64,000 bases of DNA from Felis catus (taxonomy: Eukaryota). The stretch lies in contig NC_058368.1 of NCBI RefSeq assembly GCF_018350175.1, positions 200,076,001 through 200,140,000 on the forward strand. The letters run 5' to 3'. The position numbers and the translations under genes were made by a program. Numbering within the stretch: position 1 is the first letter of the stretch; each line of letters starts with the position of its first letter. Of this stretch, positions 25,581 through 36,358 are shown piece after piece. Below the pieces are notes generated by a model that worked only from the letters and a program-made list of their open reading frames with translations, searched no databases and was not told where the DNA came from.

Positions 25581-26811
25581 CTCTTATGACTTTAAGTCAC
25601 TTCTAATGTGACTGCAATTGCTTGGCATTTCAACTGCCACATCTGTACAAATGGAGGCACTTGGTTGAGATGATCAATCCCTAACATTCTTTCCATTGCT
25701 GATAATCTATGATTCTCCATACAATCTAAGATGATTCATATTTTGGAAACTTTCAGCATATGTACAAGTCAACATCAAAAGGACTAAAAAAATAACTATC
25801 TGTGGTGAACATCCCTTTGCAAATGAAGCCCACTGTGAGGACTTGAATAATTCTGACCTCACTAAAATAATAATAGGCTAAGATAAGATAAATGCCAATG
25901 ATATTATTATTTTTTGCCCTTTCAGGGACACCCTAAAAGACCAACCAGGCTACCATTGTTAGAATTATTATAGTTCTGGGCCTCAACCTGGTTTTCCATT
26001 TTGTTGTTGATGTTAATTTTCATTGCAATCTTGGTAAATTGGGTCACAAGATTTCTTTGGGTATCAGTCTCTCCATTTATGAAACAAGAGGATACAGTCA
26101 AGTATCTATCCACTCCTTCCCAAATCAAAGATTATTTATTTCTATGATTCTTTGTGAACTATTTTTTTTCCTAAAGTGATATTGTAACTTGTTGTTTTGA
26201 AGGCCAACATGTCTTAAGTTACCATTAGAGATTATTACTGGTGCTTACAAGTGGGTGACAGAAACGTGAGGTTTACAATGGAACTTGATACATTATTTAA
26301 AACTCAAACTAGCATGAAAATAAAACTAAGAAATACAAAATTTACCCCCTTATTGAACAGCATTTTTTAAATTAGCAGGTTGCAAACAACAGGATTGTTA
26401 TTCACTCCTCCCCAGTAGAAAAGGCACCCACCCTTGACTTAGAACAATGTGACATCTATTTTCATAGTTCACAGCACTGTCTGCCATATACATAAGTGAA
26501 ACAAAGCTGATTATTTTTACTACTCTTTTGGTATAAATTCCTTTGATCTTTTGAAGTACAGACTTTACTTTGAAGTTTACAATGTTCAAGCCATTAGTTG
26601 CAAAGCACAAAGAAGGCTATTACATGACATCTATGAGAAGACATTATTTCCTGCCCTGTACTGGTTGCCATGTTTTTAGCTGTGTCTGTAGTCAATTAAC
26701 AATGCCTAAGATCCTTTTCTATAATATTTGGATATAAATATAAAATAATATAATAGAGCAATATAAGTTTTTAGACATGTAAAAAAATTTGCGTATTAAA
26801 TATGCATACTC

Positions 26812-26814
<3 letters not shown>

Positions 26815-26855
<41 letters not shown>

Positions 26856-26857
26856 AT
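26815..26857. repeat. (CA)n microsatellite
   Basis: Directly visible. Confidence 0.97.
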
Positions 26858-27499
26858 TTTTTCCTTCCATTTAGCAATGCTTTCCTGAAATTACATGTAG
26901 CAATGAAGGGAGCTTGAGATAGGATTTGAGGGACATTGATTATAGTTCAGACTCTACTACCTATTAAGTTATGTGACCTTGGACAATTTCTTTAACACCC
27001 CCAGGGCCCAAATATGCCCTTTATAAAATAAATAGTGGTTCTTAATCTCTTTTTGACTTTGGGCCCCTTTATGAATGTGATGACATCTATGGATACTCCC
27101 CTGAAAACATCATGAACACACATTTATACTGAATTTTGATGCCCTTGAAAGAGGTCATTGACTTCCTGAAGTACATTCATGGGCTTGAGGGTAAGAACAA
27201 CCAGACATAACAAGTTTTAAATTTTATACATCTAAGGTTTATAAGTTATAAAACCACTGTAAGATCATGAATAATTATTAATAAGCTCTTTGTACTTAGA
27301 CCTTTCCTTTTAATTCCTTCAGATGTATCTCAGGTTTGTCTCTTTCTGACACCAAACCTGTGGCTTGGGTTTCTAATAAGTACTCTTGTGGCTGGAGCTT
27401 AGTGCACAGTTTGTCAGAAGAAAATGATATGTGAGTCCAGCATATCTCTGGACCACCTGAAGGAAACAGAGTAATGACCCAAGTTTATAAAGAAGCCAG

Positions 27500-28180
27500 A
27501 AACCTGACTGAATAGCAGCTCACACAAAACAGGCTTGGGGATTTTACTTGACCACAACCTGTTCTGAGACAAGAGTGTAATATGGTTTCTAAAACTATCT
27601 GTATGAGCCCATGTACCTTTTAAAGAGTTGATTTTCCATATCCTGGATGGTCACATTCCAGGGCATACTACAGGTCATGCCGCATTTTCAGTTTCAGGGC
27701 ATGTCATGGGGATTATAAAGCTTCATTGTTAGGGTGAAAAAAAATGAAAGGAAATGGGCAAGATGAAGAAGGACCTGGAAACTTGGCCATATGTGGAATG
27801 GTCACAAGGACCCCATTCTTATCAGGAAAGAGAAATCTAGGTTGTCTTCAAATATCCCATTTGGATGACATGACATGGTAAGTGAAGCCATCTTACTCTG
27901 GGTAATTCTAGAAGCCAGAACTAAGCCAGTGGCTAGATTGAATTCAGTGTGAGCAATGGCCTTCTAACAACATATATGCAATATATATGAGATGCACTCT
28001 TTTGTAAAGGGCTGAAAGGCAGCTGCAAGAGATGACGAAGTTGCATGACCACCTTTCCAGAGAGATTTTGCAAGAGATCCAGTTTGGGAGTTGGAGCGAG
28101 AAGAGCAGTAGTTGTTGAGAGAGAGAGAGAAGACTCAATGAAATCTGAAAAGAATTTCTTTTGTCTATGAGATTCTATTA
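27500..28180 (+). mobile_element. L3/CR1 LINE 3' fragment
   Basis: cttggggattttacttgaccacaa, ctggaaacttggccatatgtggaatgg and gttgtcttcaaatatc are CR1/L3-like. Confidence 0.6.
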
Positions 28181-28562
28181 CTCTAGGTTTGTCTTTTTGT
28201 TGTTTGTTTTTTGCAGGGTTAGGTGGCTACTAGAAAGAAAATATAGTCTTTTCTGAATCTGTAACAGACAAAATGAAAGAGGCCTCCTGGTTATTCATTG
28301 CTCCCAGAATGTACAAGTTAGTATGGCAGTTGAGGTGAAGAAGAATATGAGGCTGTCACTCATTGTAATGATTAGTAGATTATCTAGTAAAATATTTGCC
28401 TACAGAATGGGAGGTTATAATAAACACATCCTGACCATATACTGAGACTGTATTAAGTGAAAATAAGCAGAAACAGTAACAATATTGCCATACACACAAT
28501 GTGTACAGTTGACCTTTAACAACATGGGTTTGAACAGTGTGGGTCCAATTATACACAATTTT

Positions 28563-29124
28563 TGTTTGTTTGAAGAGTTGACAGCAAAAGCCACAAGGTA
28601 TTTCTTTACAACTGTTCATCCCAGTCTCCACTGGACCAAATTGAAGGCGACTGGCATAGAGATCATGCTGCTGGCCTCTGAGTACTTGAGGTGGTCGCCA
28701 AGGCTGTCAGCAGTCCCTGGTGATCCTGGAATAGGTTAGAGCTGCAGGTTACCCCTTATGCCCCTTGGATCCAGCACCCAGGATTGGTATGCAGGAGAAT
28801 TGCTAAGGAGCCCTGCACCCCCATGCAGCCCAACACCTTGTCCAGCCTCCACTCATCTGTGGGCCTGGGGGCTGCACCAGGGTGGCTGTGGGCCTTGGGC
28901 TCAGATTCCTCCCTGTGGCTATGCCCTGGCCCCATGGCTGCATTCATGTGTAGCTGTAGCTGCTGATGGCCACTGTTTGGGGGTACACCTCCAGCTGCAC
29001 TTTGCCTCCAGGTGACTGTTGCCACCTGTGGGCCTGCCCAGCAGCTGCCTCTGGGAAGGCAAGGCCACCAGGCTATGGAACATCACCATCCTGGGGCCAG
29101 GCCTGGCTTAACCTGGCCTCTCTG
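28563..29124 (-). pseudogene. RNF166: Retrocopy of the RNF166 5' end (5'UTR, exon-1 coding sequence, probable intron-1 sequence, A-tail)
   Basis: From the ATG at 29089 the minus strand reads MVMFHSLVALPSQRQLLGRPTGGNSHLEAKC, then after a frameshifting deletion LEVYPQTVAISSYSYT. Human RNF166 as I recall it is MAMFRSLVASAQQRQPPAGPAGGDSGLEAQYTCPICLEVYHRPVAIGSCGHT. Most changes fit CpG transitions. A T-rich tail sits at ~28559-28571, with a degenerate TSD (tacacaattttt / taagtggattttt). Confidence 0.85.
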
Positions 29125-29233
29125 TAAGTGGATTTTTGTCAGTAAGTACAGTACAGTACTGTAATGTTACTTCTTTTCCTTATGATTTTCTTAATAATAT
29201 GTTCTTTCCTTTAGCTTATTGTAAGAATGCACA

Positions 29234-29235
<2 letters not shown>

Positions 29236-29276
<41 letters not shown>
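29236..29276. repeat. (TA)n microsatellite inside Tigger2a
   Basis: Directly visible. Confidence 0.95.
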
Positions 29277-29279
<3 letters not shown>

Positions 29280-29462
29280 CAAAATATGATATAGATATAG
29301 ATATATATCATTCAAAATATGTGTTAATTGACTGTTTATGTTATCCATAAGGCTTCTAGTCGATAGTATGCTATTAGTAATTAAGTTCTGGAGGAGTCAA
29401 AATTTTATGTGGAGTTTTGACTGCATGTGTGTTTGCACCCACGTTGTTCAAAGGGTCAACCG

Positions 29463-29640
29463 TATTTCATGGAATCTTCACAACAACCCTGGAGGGGAAG
29501 CCCTAATAGCATCCTCATCCTCATTTCACAGAAAGAAAACAGGTCTAGATAAGGTAACATAGCAGGTAGTCGTAGAACTGGAACTTGAACTCAATAGTCT
29601 GAGTTCATAGGCCATGTTGTTAACAATTATACCATACCAC
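29463..29640 (-). mobile_element. MIR (adjoining and probably hosting the Tigger2a insertion)
   Basis: atcttcacaacaaccctgg...tcctcatttcacagaaagaaaacagg...gaactggaacttgaactc is antisense MIR. Confidence 0.65.
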
Positions 29641-29769
29641 TGACTCAAACAAATGTGTTTTTGAAAGAGCTCCACAGTGTTATTTACTCTTTTTCGGGTT
29701 CATGGACCAAATGGTATACATCCACAGTGGTTTTCGGTATAAGATTATTTAAAAGTGTCCTTGAACAAA

Positions 29770-30255
29770 TACTGATTGGGCACTCTTATAGGCCAGGCAC
29801 TAGTCTAGGTGCTAGGGATACAGCGAGAAATAAAACAAACACAGACAGGGGTGCCTGGGTGGCTCAATTAAGCACCCAACTTAGGCTCAGGTTATGATCT
29901 CACGGTTGGTGAGTTCAAGCCCTGCATTGGGCTCTGTGCTGACAGCTCAGAGCCTGGAGCCTGCTTCAGATTCTGTGTCTCCTCTCTCTGCTCCCCCACT
30001 CGCACTCTCTGTCTCTCTCTCAAAAATAAACATTAAAAAATTAAAAATAAAACAGACACAGACATCCATGTCCCACTTATGTTCTAGTGGAGAGAAACAG
30101 TCAATAAACAAAAAGGACATACTACAACCTGTTAGAAAGCAATAAATATTAAAAAGGAAAATAAAATAGAGCAAGAAAGGAAGATACGAAATGCTAGGGT
30201 AGCAGCTTTAAATTGGGATGCAGGAAGAACCCCATCGAAAGGTAAAATTTGAAAG
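29770..30255 (-). mobile_element. L2 3' fragment, split by a CanSINE
   Basis: gccaggcactagtctaggtgctagggatacagcgagaaataaaaca is the antisense L2 3' end. Confidence 0.65.
29848..30044 (+). mobile_element. CanSINE (SINEC_Fc-type)
   Basis: SINE head, body and tail. TSD aaataaaacaaacacagaca / aaataaaacagacacagaca. Confidence 0.95.
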
Positions 30256-30862
30256 ATAGTAGGCTCTCCTTTGGGTCAGGTGAATTAGAATTTTCCAGGA
30301 GCTTTGCATGAAAATGCTTAAGGAACCTTGGAAAAACCCCCAAGAGCAGTGCAATTTGCTACTTTAACCCATAATATGTGCTTTAATGTGCCTGAAGGTA
30401 ATGGATTAAGTAGAATGTGAAAATAAAAATGAGAAGGCAGTGACTGTGTTCAGTCCTGGAATCCTTCATCAGTCCTGAAGGCCAAGGTCCTTGGCTGCTG
30501 CATCCTTGCAGGTGAGCTGTGTGGGAAGAACACGTTGTCCGCTCTGGCTCGTGTAGCCGGAGGAAATGAACATTTCAGACCAGTCAATCAGTGACTTCCA
30601 GGGAAACACCACACCTCTCTGGAATAAACAGTATGCATTCTTATGAAGTTTGTAGTGAACTTTGTCAACAAGAAAGATCTGACAGGACATCCCGGGTTTT
30701 GCTAACCTACCTCTATTAAGTCATTTTTGCCTATTTCATAAAACAGTGTGAATTTTGTGGGAAACTTCCAAAGCTTTGAAGGGTCCAATGCTTTTTTTGT
30801 TACCTTCTTTACATGTATGTAATTTTAGGCCAGGAAATATATTTCTCGTCCTTAGAGACATT

Positions 30863-30863
<1 letters not shown>

Positions 30864-30896
<33 letters not shown>
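30864..30896. repeat. poly(T) tract
   Basis: Run of ~33 T. Confidence 0.95.
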
Positions 30897-30898
<2 letters not shown>

Positions 30899-31296
30899 TC
30901 AGGCTGCTGAAGAAAAGGCATAGGAAACATGGGACAATAAGGTCTATTGCCTAGACTGACAAACTCTGAGCTTCTAGACCTCAACAATTATGGCTCATTC
31001 ATATTTGTACCCAACCTAGAAGCTGTAACCATTACCCTTTCTTGAATCTTTTAATTAGGTAATAAAAAGCTGTTACAAGTAGAGAAGTGTGATTCTTCTA
31101 CATGGCTATTTTAGAAACAGTGGACACAAAAAAAGATGTCAAGCCTCCTAGCCCAAACAAGTATAAAATTCAACAACTACAACTTTCATTTAAAAATAAG
31201 TAGGCAAATATTATATGCTAGATTATCTTTCATATAATTTGTGAGAAGGATAAAAATAAATAAACAAATAGCAAGCAATACAGTTTGCTTCTTCAG

Positions 31297-31650
31297 AAAA
31301 AGGCTCATAGATATAGGAAATAAACTGTTGGTTACCATAGTGGAGAGGAGTTGGGGGGGTGGTGGTGAGTGGAAGAGGTAGAGAAGATTAACAGGCACAA
31401 ACTTCCAGTTATAAAAAGAGTAAGTCATGGTGATATAATATATAGCACAGGAAATATAGTCAATAATATTGTAATAACTTTGTATGGTGATAGATGGTAA
31501 CTAGACTTATTGTGGGATTACTTTAATAATTTTAATAATTTTTAACTTTGATAATTTAATTTTATAATGTATAAAAATATCAAATCACTATGATATATCC
31601 CTGAAACTAACAGGATATTGTATGTTAATTATACTTCAGTTAGAAAGAAA
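31297..31650 (+). mobile_element. L1MA-type (L1MA9-like) 3' UTR fragment
   Basis: ctcatagatataggaaataaactgttggttacc, caaacttccagttataaaa, atatagtcaataatattgtaataac and cctgaaactaac. Confidence 0.85.
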
Positions 31651-32385
31651 GTTTACTTCTTGGCATTTTGACTCTTAATATTCATTTTCTTTTTTGAAAA
31701 AAAAATTCTTTGTAGAATATGCAAGAAGATTAGCAGAAAATGATGTTTAAGGAGGAAATGAACACCAGCAAACCCAAACCACAAAGTGTACTATGGTCTT
31801 TTTAAATAAATGATTTTGTTCAGCCCTCTTTGTAAGCCATTTGCTTTCACATTTTACAGTTTTTCTTTTTATTAATGTGCAAAGATTATAAATGTTGGAA
31901 AGGAAAACACAAAGTCTCACTGATGTCTTGCTTTTTATAATGGGAATTTGAGAATGGAAAGTAAAATTACATGGCAGAGAATCATCACTTTGTCTGCTCT
32001 GATTCCTCTGAAACTTCCTGTAATTTGTGTTTTTCCAAGCACTGGATGAAGACTTCAATCTGACACCAGACAAGAACGTTACTTGCATAGGAGTGACACT
32101 AAAATACCCAGCTAACAATTCTCTGGTGTTCTTGGCATTTTAAGTAGAATCTGGCAATAATTCACCTGTATCTGTGTCAAAAATGTCCATGTTGTAAGAA
32201 AAAGTGACTTTCTTAAATGTCATGTTTCCTTTTGCCTTTGAAAGACTGAATATCTTCACCATTACTGCTAATAAAATTAGTTTGTGACATTTCCTCCGTT
32301 ATATAAATAGCCACTCTCACCTACTCTTGACTGGTCCTAGATGTCTTTTGATTCACTGCAAAATAGTTTCTATTGGAGAAACTCT

Positions 32386-32430
<45 letters not shown>

Positions 32431-32446
32431 AGAAGAAGAAGAAGAA

Positions 32447-32511
<65 letters not shown>

Positions 32512-32599
32512 AGAAAGAAAGGAAGGAAGAAAGAAAGAAGGAAAGGGAGAGAGAGAGAGAGGGGGAGAGAGAGAGAGAGAGAGAGGCAGGAAGGGAGGA
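32386..32599. repeat. Compound polypurine microsatellite (GA)n(GAA)n(GAAA)n(GGAA)n
   Basis: About 200 nt of uninterrupted purines on the + strand (32386-32586). Confidence 0.97.
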
Positions 32600-33239
32600 C
32601 TGAACCCATGCTGTTAATCACCATGCTATACTGTCTCTCCCATTGTTTTACATGGGAAATTTATCAATCAGGAAAACAGAAGTCATGCCATGAATCTCAA
32701 GCATTAAAGAATTCAAAATAGAAATCAGGTGCTTATAAAATTATTGGAAGAACAGGAGGAGAGATTACCTCAGGTTTGCTGCTTTTAGGGTATCAGGAAT
32801 TGAAGAAATTGCAGGAACTTGCTGACAATGATCACATCTACCTCCAGCACCAAAAATGGTGATTTTAGGGGAAATAAGTAGAGGCTGCTATAATCTAATG
32901 TTCCTGTTGAAATCCACAGGGCCTTATATTCTAGCCTCCAGAGGACCAAAAATATGGCTTCTACTTCCTTTTTTTTTCTCTCCTAAATTTCACATGAATG
33001 CCCCTTTTCTAAAGTGGAAATTGCTGGCAGGCATTCTGGGAAATATAGTTCCCAGGTTTCTGGGTCTTCTGATTAAGTTGAGAACATACAAGGGAGAAAA
33101 TGATGCTGAGTTACCAGCAGATAATCTGCCACTGGGAAAAAAAGATTTTGCTAGATGTTAAAAAATAAGATAGTCCAAGACAAAATCCTAGACAGACTGA
33201 TAAACTAAGGTTTTGGACACACTCCAAAAATAAAATATT

Positions 33240-33395
33240 AATTATCATAAGATCCATTCAACAGAAACCAAATCATGCTAAATAAACCTCACTTCCTTTA
33301 TTTGATAGGGCACGATAACTGGATATTAAGAGAATGGCATTGTCATCATATCTCTTTTTTTTGGAGGAAGGATTTTATGCTATCCTGGTGCATAA
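33240..33395 (+). mobile_element. CR1/L3 fragment
   Basis: aaatcatgctaaataaacctcacttcctttatttgataggg resembles the CR1 RT segment encoding KSCxTNLISFFD. Confidence 0.5.
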
Positions 33396-33413
33396 CTATA
33401 ATAAAAATAAAAA

Positions 33414-33631
33414 TTTTATTTTTAATTTTTTTAATGTTTATTTATTTTTGAGACAGAGACAGAGCGTGAACAGGGGAGGGGCAGAGGGAGAGCGAGACAC
33501 AGAATCTGAAACAGGCTCCAGTCTCTGAGCTATCAGCACAGAGCCCGACATGGGGCTCGAACCCACGAACCGTGAGATCATGACCTGAGCTGAAGTCTGA
33601 CGCTTAACTGACTGAGCCACCCAGGCACACC
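33414..33631 (-). mobile_element. CanSINE (SINEC_Fc-type) abutting the inverted L1, no clear TSD
   Basis: Full antisense SINE whose head joins L1 sequence directly at 33632. Confidence 0.95.
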
Positions 33632-34704
33632 TTGTGTTGTTAATTTTTGCCATTCTGACAAGGCGTGAGGTGGGATCTCATTATGGTTTTGATTTGTATT
33701 TCCCTGATGATGAGTGATGCTGAGCATCTTTTCATGTGTCTGTTAGCCATCTGATGTCTTCTTTGGAAAAGTGTCCATTTATGTCTCTGCTCATTTCTTA
33801 ACTGGGTTGTTTGTTTTTTGCGTGTTGAGTTTGAAGTTCTTTACAGATTTTGGATACTAACCTTTTATCAGATATATTGTTTGCAAATATCTCCTCTCAT
33901 TCCATAGGCTGCTTTTAGTTTTGCTGATTGTTTCCTTCACTGTGCAGAAGATTTGTGTCTTGATGAAGTCCCAGTAGTTCTTTTTTGCTTTTATTTCCCT
34001 TGCCTCTGGTGATGTGTCTAGTAAGAAGTTGCTCTGGCCAAGGACAAAGCAGTTGCTGCCTGTGTTCCCCTCTAGGATTTTGATGGTTTCCTGTCTTACA
34101 TTTAGGTCTTTCATCCATTTTAATTTATTTTTGTGTATGGTGTAAGAAAGTGGTCCAGGTTCATTCTTCTGCGTGCCACCGTCTAGTTTTCCCAGCACCA
34201 TTTGTTGAAGAGACTGTCTTTTTTTTTTCCATTGGATATTGTTTCTTTCCTTGTTAAAGATTAGTTGAGCATATAGTTGTAGGTCCATTTCTGGGTTTTC
34301 TATTCTGTTTCATTGATCTATGTGTCTATTTTTGTGCCAGTACCATACTATCTTGATTACCACAGCTTTCTAATATAGCTTGAAATCTGGAATTGTGATG
34401 CCTCCAGTTCTGGTTTTCTTTTTCAGGATTGCTTTGGCTATTTTGGCTTTTGTGGTTCTATACAAACTTTAGGATTATTTATTCTATCTCTGTGAAACAT
34501 GCTGGTGGTATTTTGATAGGGATTGCATTAAATGTATAGATTGCTTTAGGTAGTATAGACATTTTAACGTTTGTTCTTACAATCCATGAGCATGAAATGC
34601 TTTTCCATTTCTCTGTGTCCCCTTCAATTTCTTTCATAAGTGTTCTGTAGTTTTCAGAGTACAGATCTTTTACCTTTTTAGTTAGGTTTTTCCTAGGTAT
34701 CATG
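33632..34704 (-). mobile_element. Carnivore L1 ORF2 segment (inverted 5' part of a twin-primed L1)
   Basis: ORFs 34479..34703 ([21 protein letters not shown]...[18 protein letters not shown]) and 33857..34288 (KWMKDLNVRQETIKILE) are L1 ORF2. Confidence 0.95.
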
Positions 34705-35280
34705 TGATTGTACTATTAGGTATTTACCCAAAGGATACACAAATACAGATTTGAAGGGATACATGCACCCCAATGTTTATAGCAGCATTATCAACAATAG
34801 CCAAACTATGGAGAGAGCCCAAATGTCCATTGACTGAAGAATGAATAAAGAACATGTGGTATATAAATATAATGGAATATTACTCAGTCGTCAAAAATAA
34901 TGAAGTCTTGCCATTTGCAATGATGTGGATAGAGCTAGAATGTATTATGCTAAGTGAAATAAGTCAATAAAAGAAAGAAAAATACCATAAAATTTCCCTT
35001 ATACGTGAAGCTTAAGAAACACAACAGATGAACATGGTGGGGGTGGGGCGAAGAGAAGAAAGGGAAACAAACCACAAGAAACTCTTAACAATAGAGAACA
35101 AACTGAAGACTGATGGAGGGAGATGGGGGGGAGATGGGCTAGATGGGTGATGGGCATTAAGGAGGGCACTTGTGATGAGCACTGGGTGTTGCATGTAAGT
35201 GATGAATCACTGAATTCTATTCCTGAAATCAATATTGCATTGTATGTTAAGTAACTAAAATTTAAATTAAAAAAATAAAT
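34705..35280 (+). mobile_element. Carnivore L1 3' end (ORF2 C-terminus, 3'UTR, A-tail)
   Basis: taggtatttacccaaaggatac, gggatacatgcaccccaatgtttatagcagc, a feliform-type 3'UTR (gagcactgggtgttgcatgtaagtgatgaatcac) and an A-rich tail. Confidence 0.95.
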
Positions 35281-35839
35281 TACTAAAAATATTTTAAAAA
35301 TCTCTATACACCCTTTCCATCAGAAAACAATTGTCTTTCTAGCATTTGTCTACTGTCTCCTATTTATAGTGGCATCAGTAATGAACACACAATCTATACC
35401 ACTAAAGCTTCACAAACACTCTTAAATGGGTGGTTTGGGGTACTCTTTCTTGGTACTCTGTTGTTCAGAATGCCTTGTAACAAATAAAAGTCACAGGGAT
35501 GAATCTGAAAACTCAGGAAGAACAAAAAAAATGTCAGCCCAGCACCACATATACCTCTGTTCCCACTTTCTCATCTGCTCTTGCCTTTCCCTCTTGACTA
35601 AACACATCAAAGGTTTTTAAAAATTCTTCTTCACCTCTCTTATGTAATTGTCAGTAGTTTCTATGCAAAAAGTTTTCTAAATCTTCTCTGATGGAATTCA
35701 ACAACATGCTGGAAGAGTCAAGACTGATTCTTTATCACCTTTGTAATACTAGTTCACTACACATCCAGTCCTGAGATAAGTGTTTCATTGGCTTTACCTC
35801 ATGTAACCCTCACAAAATCTGAATTAAGTCAATAGCTTT

Positions 35840-36051
35840 TTTTTTTTTAACATTTATTTATTTTTGAGACAGAGAGAGAGAGAGCATGAACAGGGGAGGG
35901 TCAGAGAAAGAGGGAGACACAGAACCCGAAACAGGCTCCAGGCTCTGAGCTGTCAGCACAGAGCCTGACCCGGGGCTTGAACCCACGGACCGCGAGATCA
36001 TGACCTGAGCCGAAGTCGGACGCTTAACCGACTGAACCACCCAGCCACCCC
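35840..36051 (-). mobile_element. CanSINE (young SINEC_Fc)
   Basis: CpG-rich antisense SINE. TSD taagtcaatagcttt / taaggcaatagcttt. Confidence 0.97.
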
Positions 36052-36155
36052 TAAGGCAATAGCTTTAATTTTCCAGAGAAATTAAGTATGTCAGGTGGCT
36101 TGTTAAAGATCACACAGATAACAATAACAAACTGCATCTAAAACAGGGATCCACT

Positions 36156-36354
36156 GGGTGCCTGGTGGCTCAGTTCATTAAGCGTCTGACTCTTGGTTTC
36201 ACTCAGGTCATGACCTCGTGGTGTGTGAGTTTGAGCCCCATATCGGCCTTCGTGCTGACAGTGCAAAGCCTGCTTAGAATTCTCTCCCTCCCACTCTCTC
36301 TGCCCCACTCACTCTCTTTCTCTCTCTCTCAAAATAAATAAATAAACTTAAAAA
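36156..36354 (+). mobile_element. CanSINE (older feliform subtype)
   Basis: SINE body. TSD aaaacagggatcca / aaaacaggggtcca. Confidence 0.93.
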
Positions 36355-36358
36355 AAAA

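Larger units (their letters stand above)
28506..29462 (+). mobile_element. Tigger2a-like non-autonomous Tc1/mariner DNA transposon, interrupted by a retrocopy
   Basis: TIRs cagttgacctttaacaacatggg ... cccacgttgttcaaagggtcaaccg with TA on both flanks. The consensus-like body resumes at ~29125 (gatttttgtcagtaagtacagtacagtactg). Confidence 0.85.

Noticed and set aside
28756..29025. Three overlapping ORFs in the GC-rich island as a novel gene
   Set aside because: They are off-frame or antisense readings of the decayed RNF166 copy. The true frame is broken by a deletion and a stop.
32327..32721. Charged ER/K-rich ORFs
   Set aside because: These are translations of the polypurine microsatellite.
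33857..34703. L1 ORF2 ORFs as functional CDS
   Set aside because: Truncated, frameshifted and inverted, so not retrotransposition-competent.
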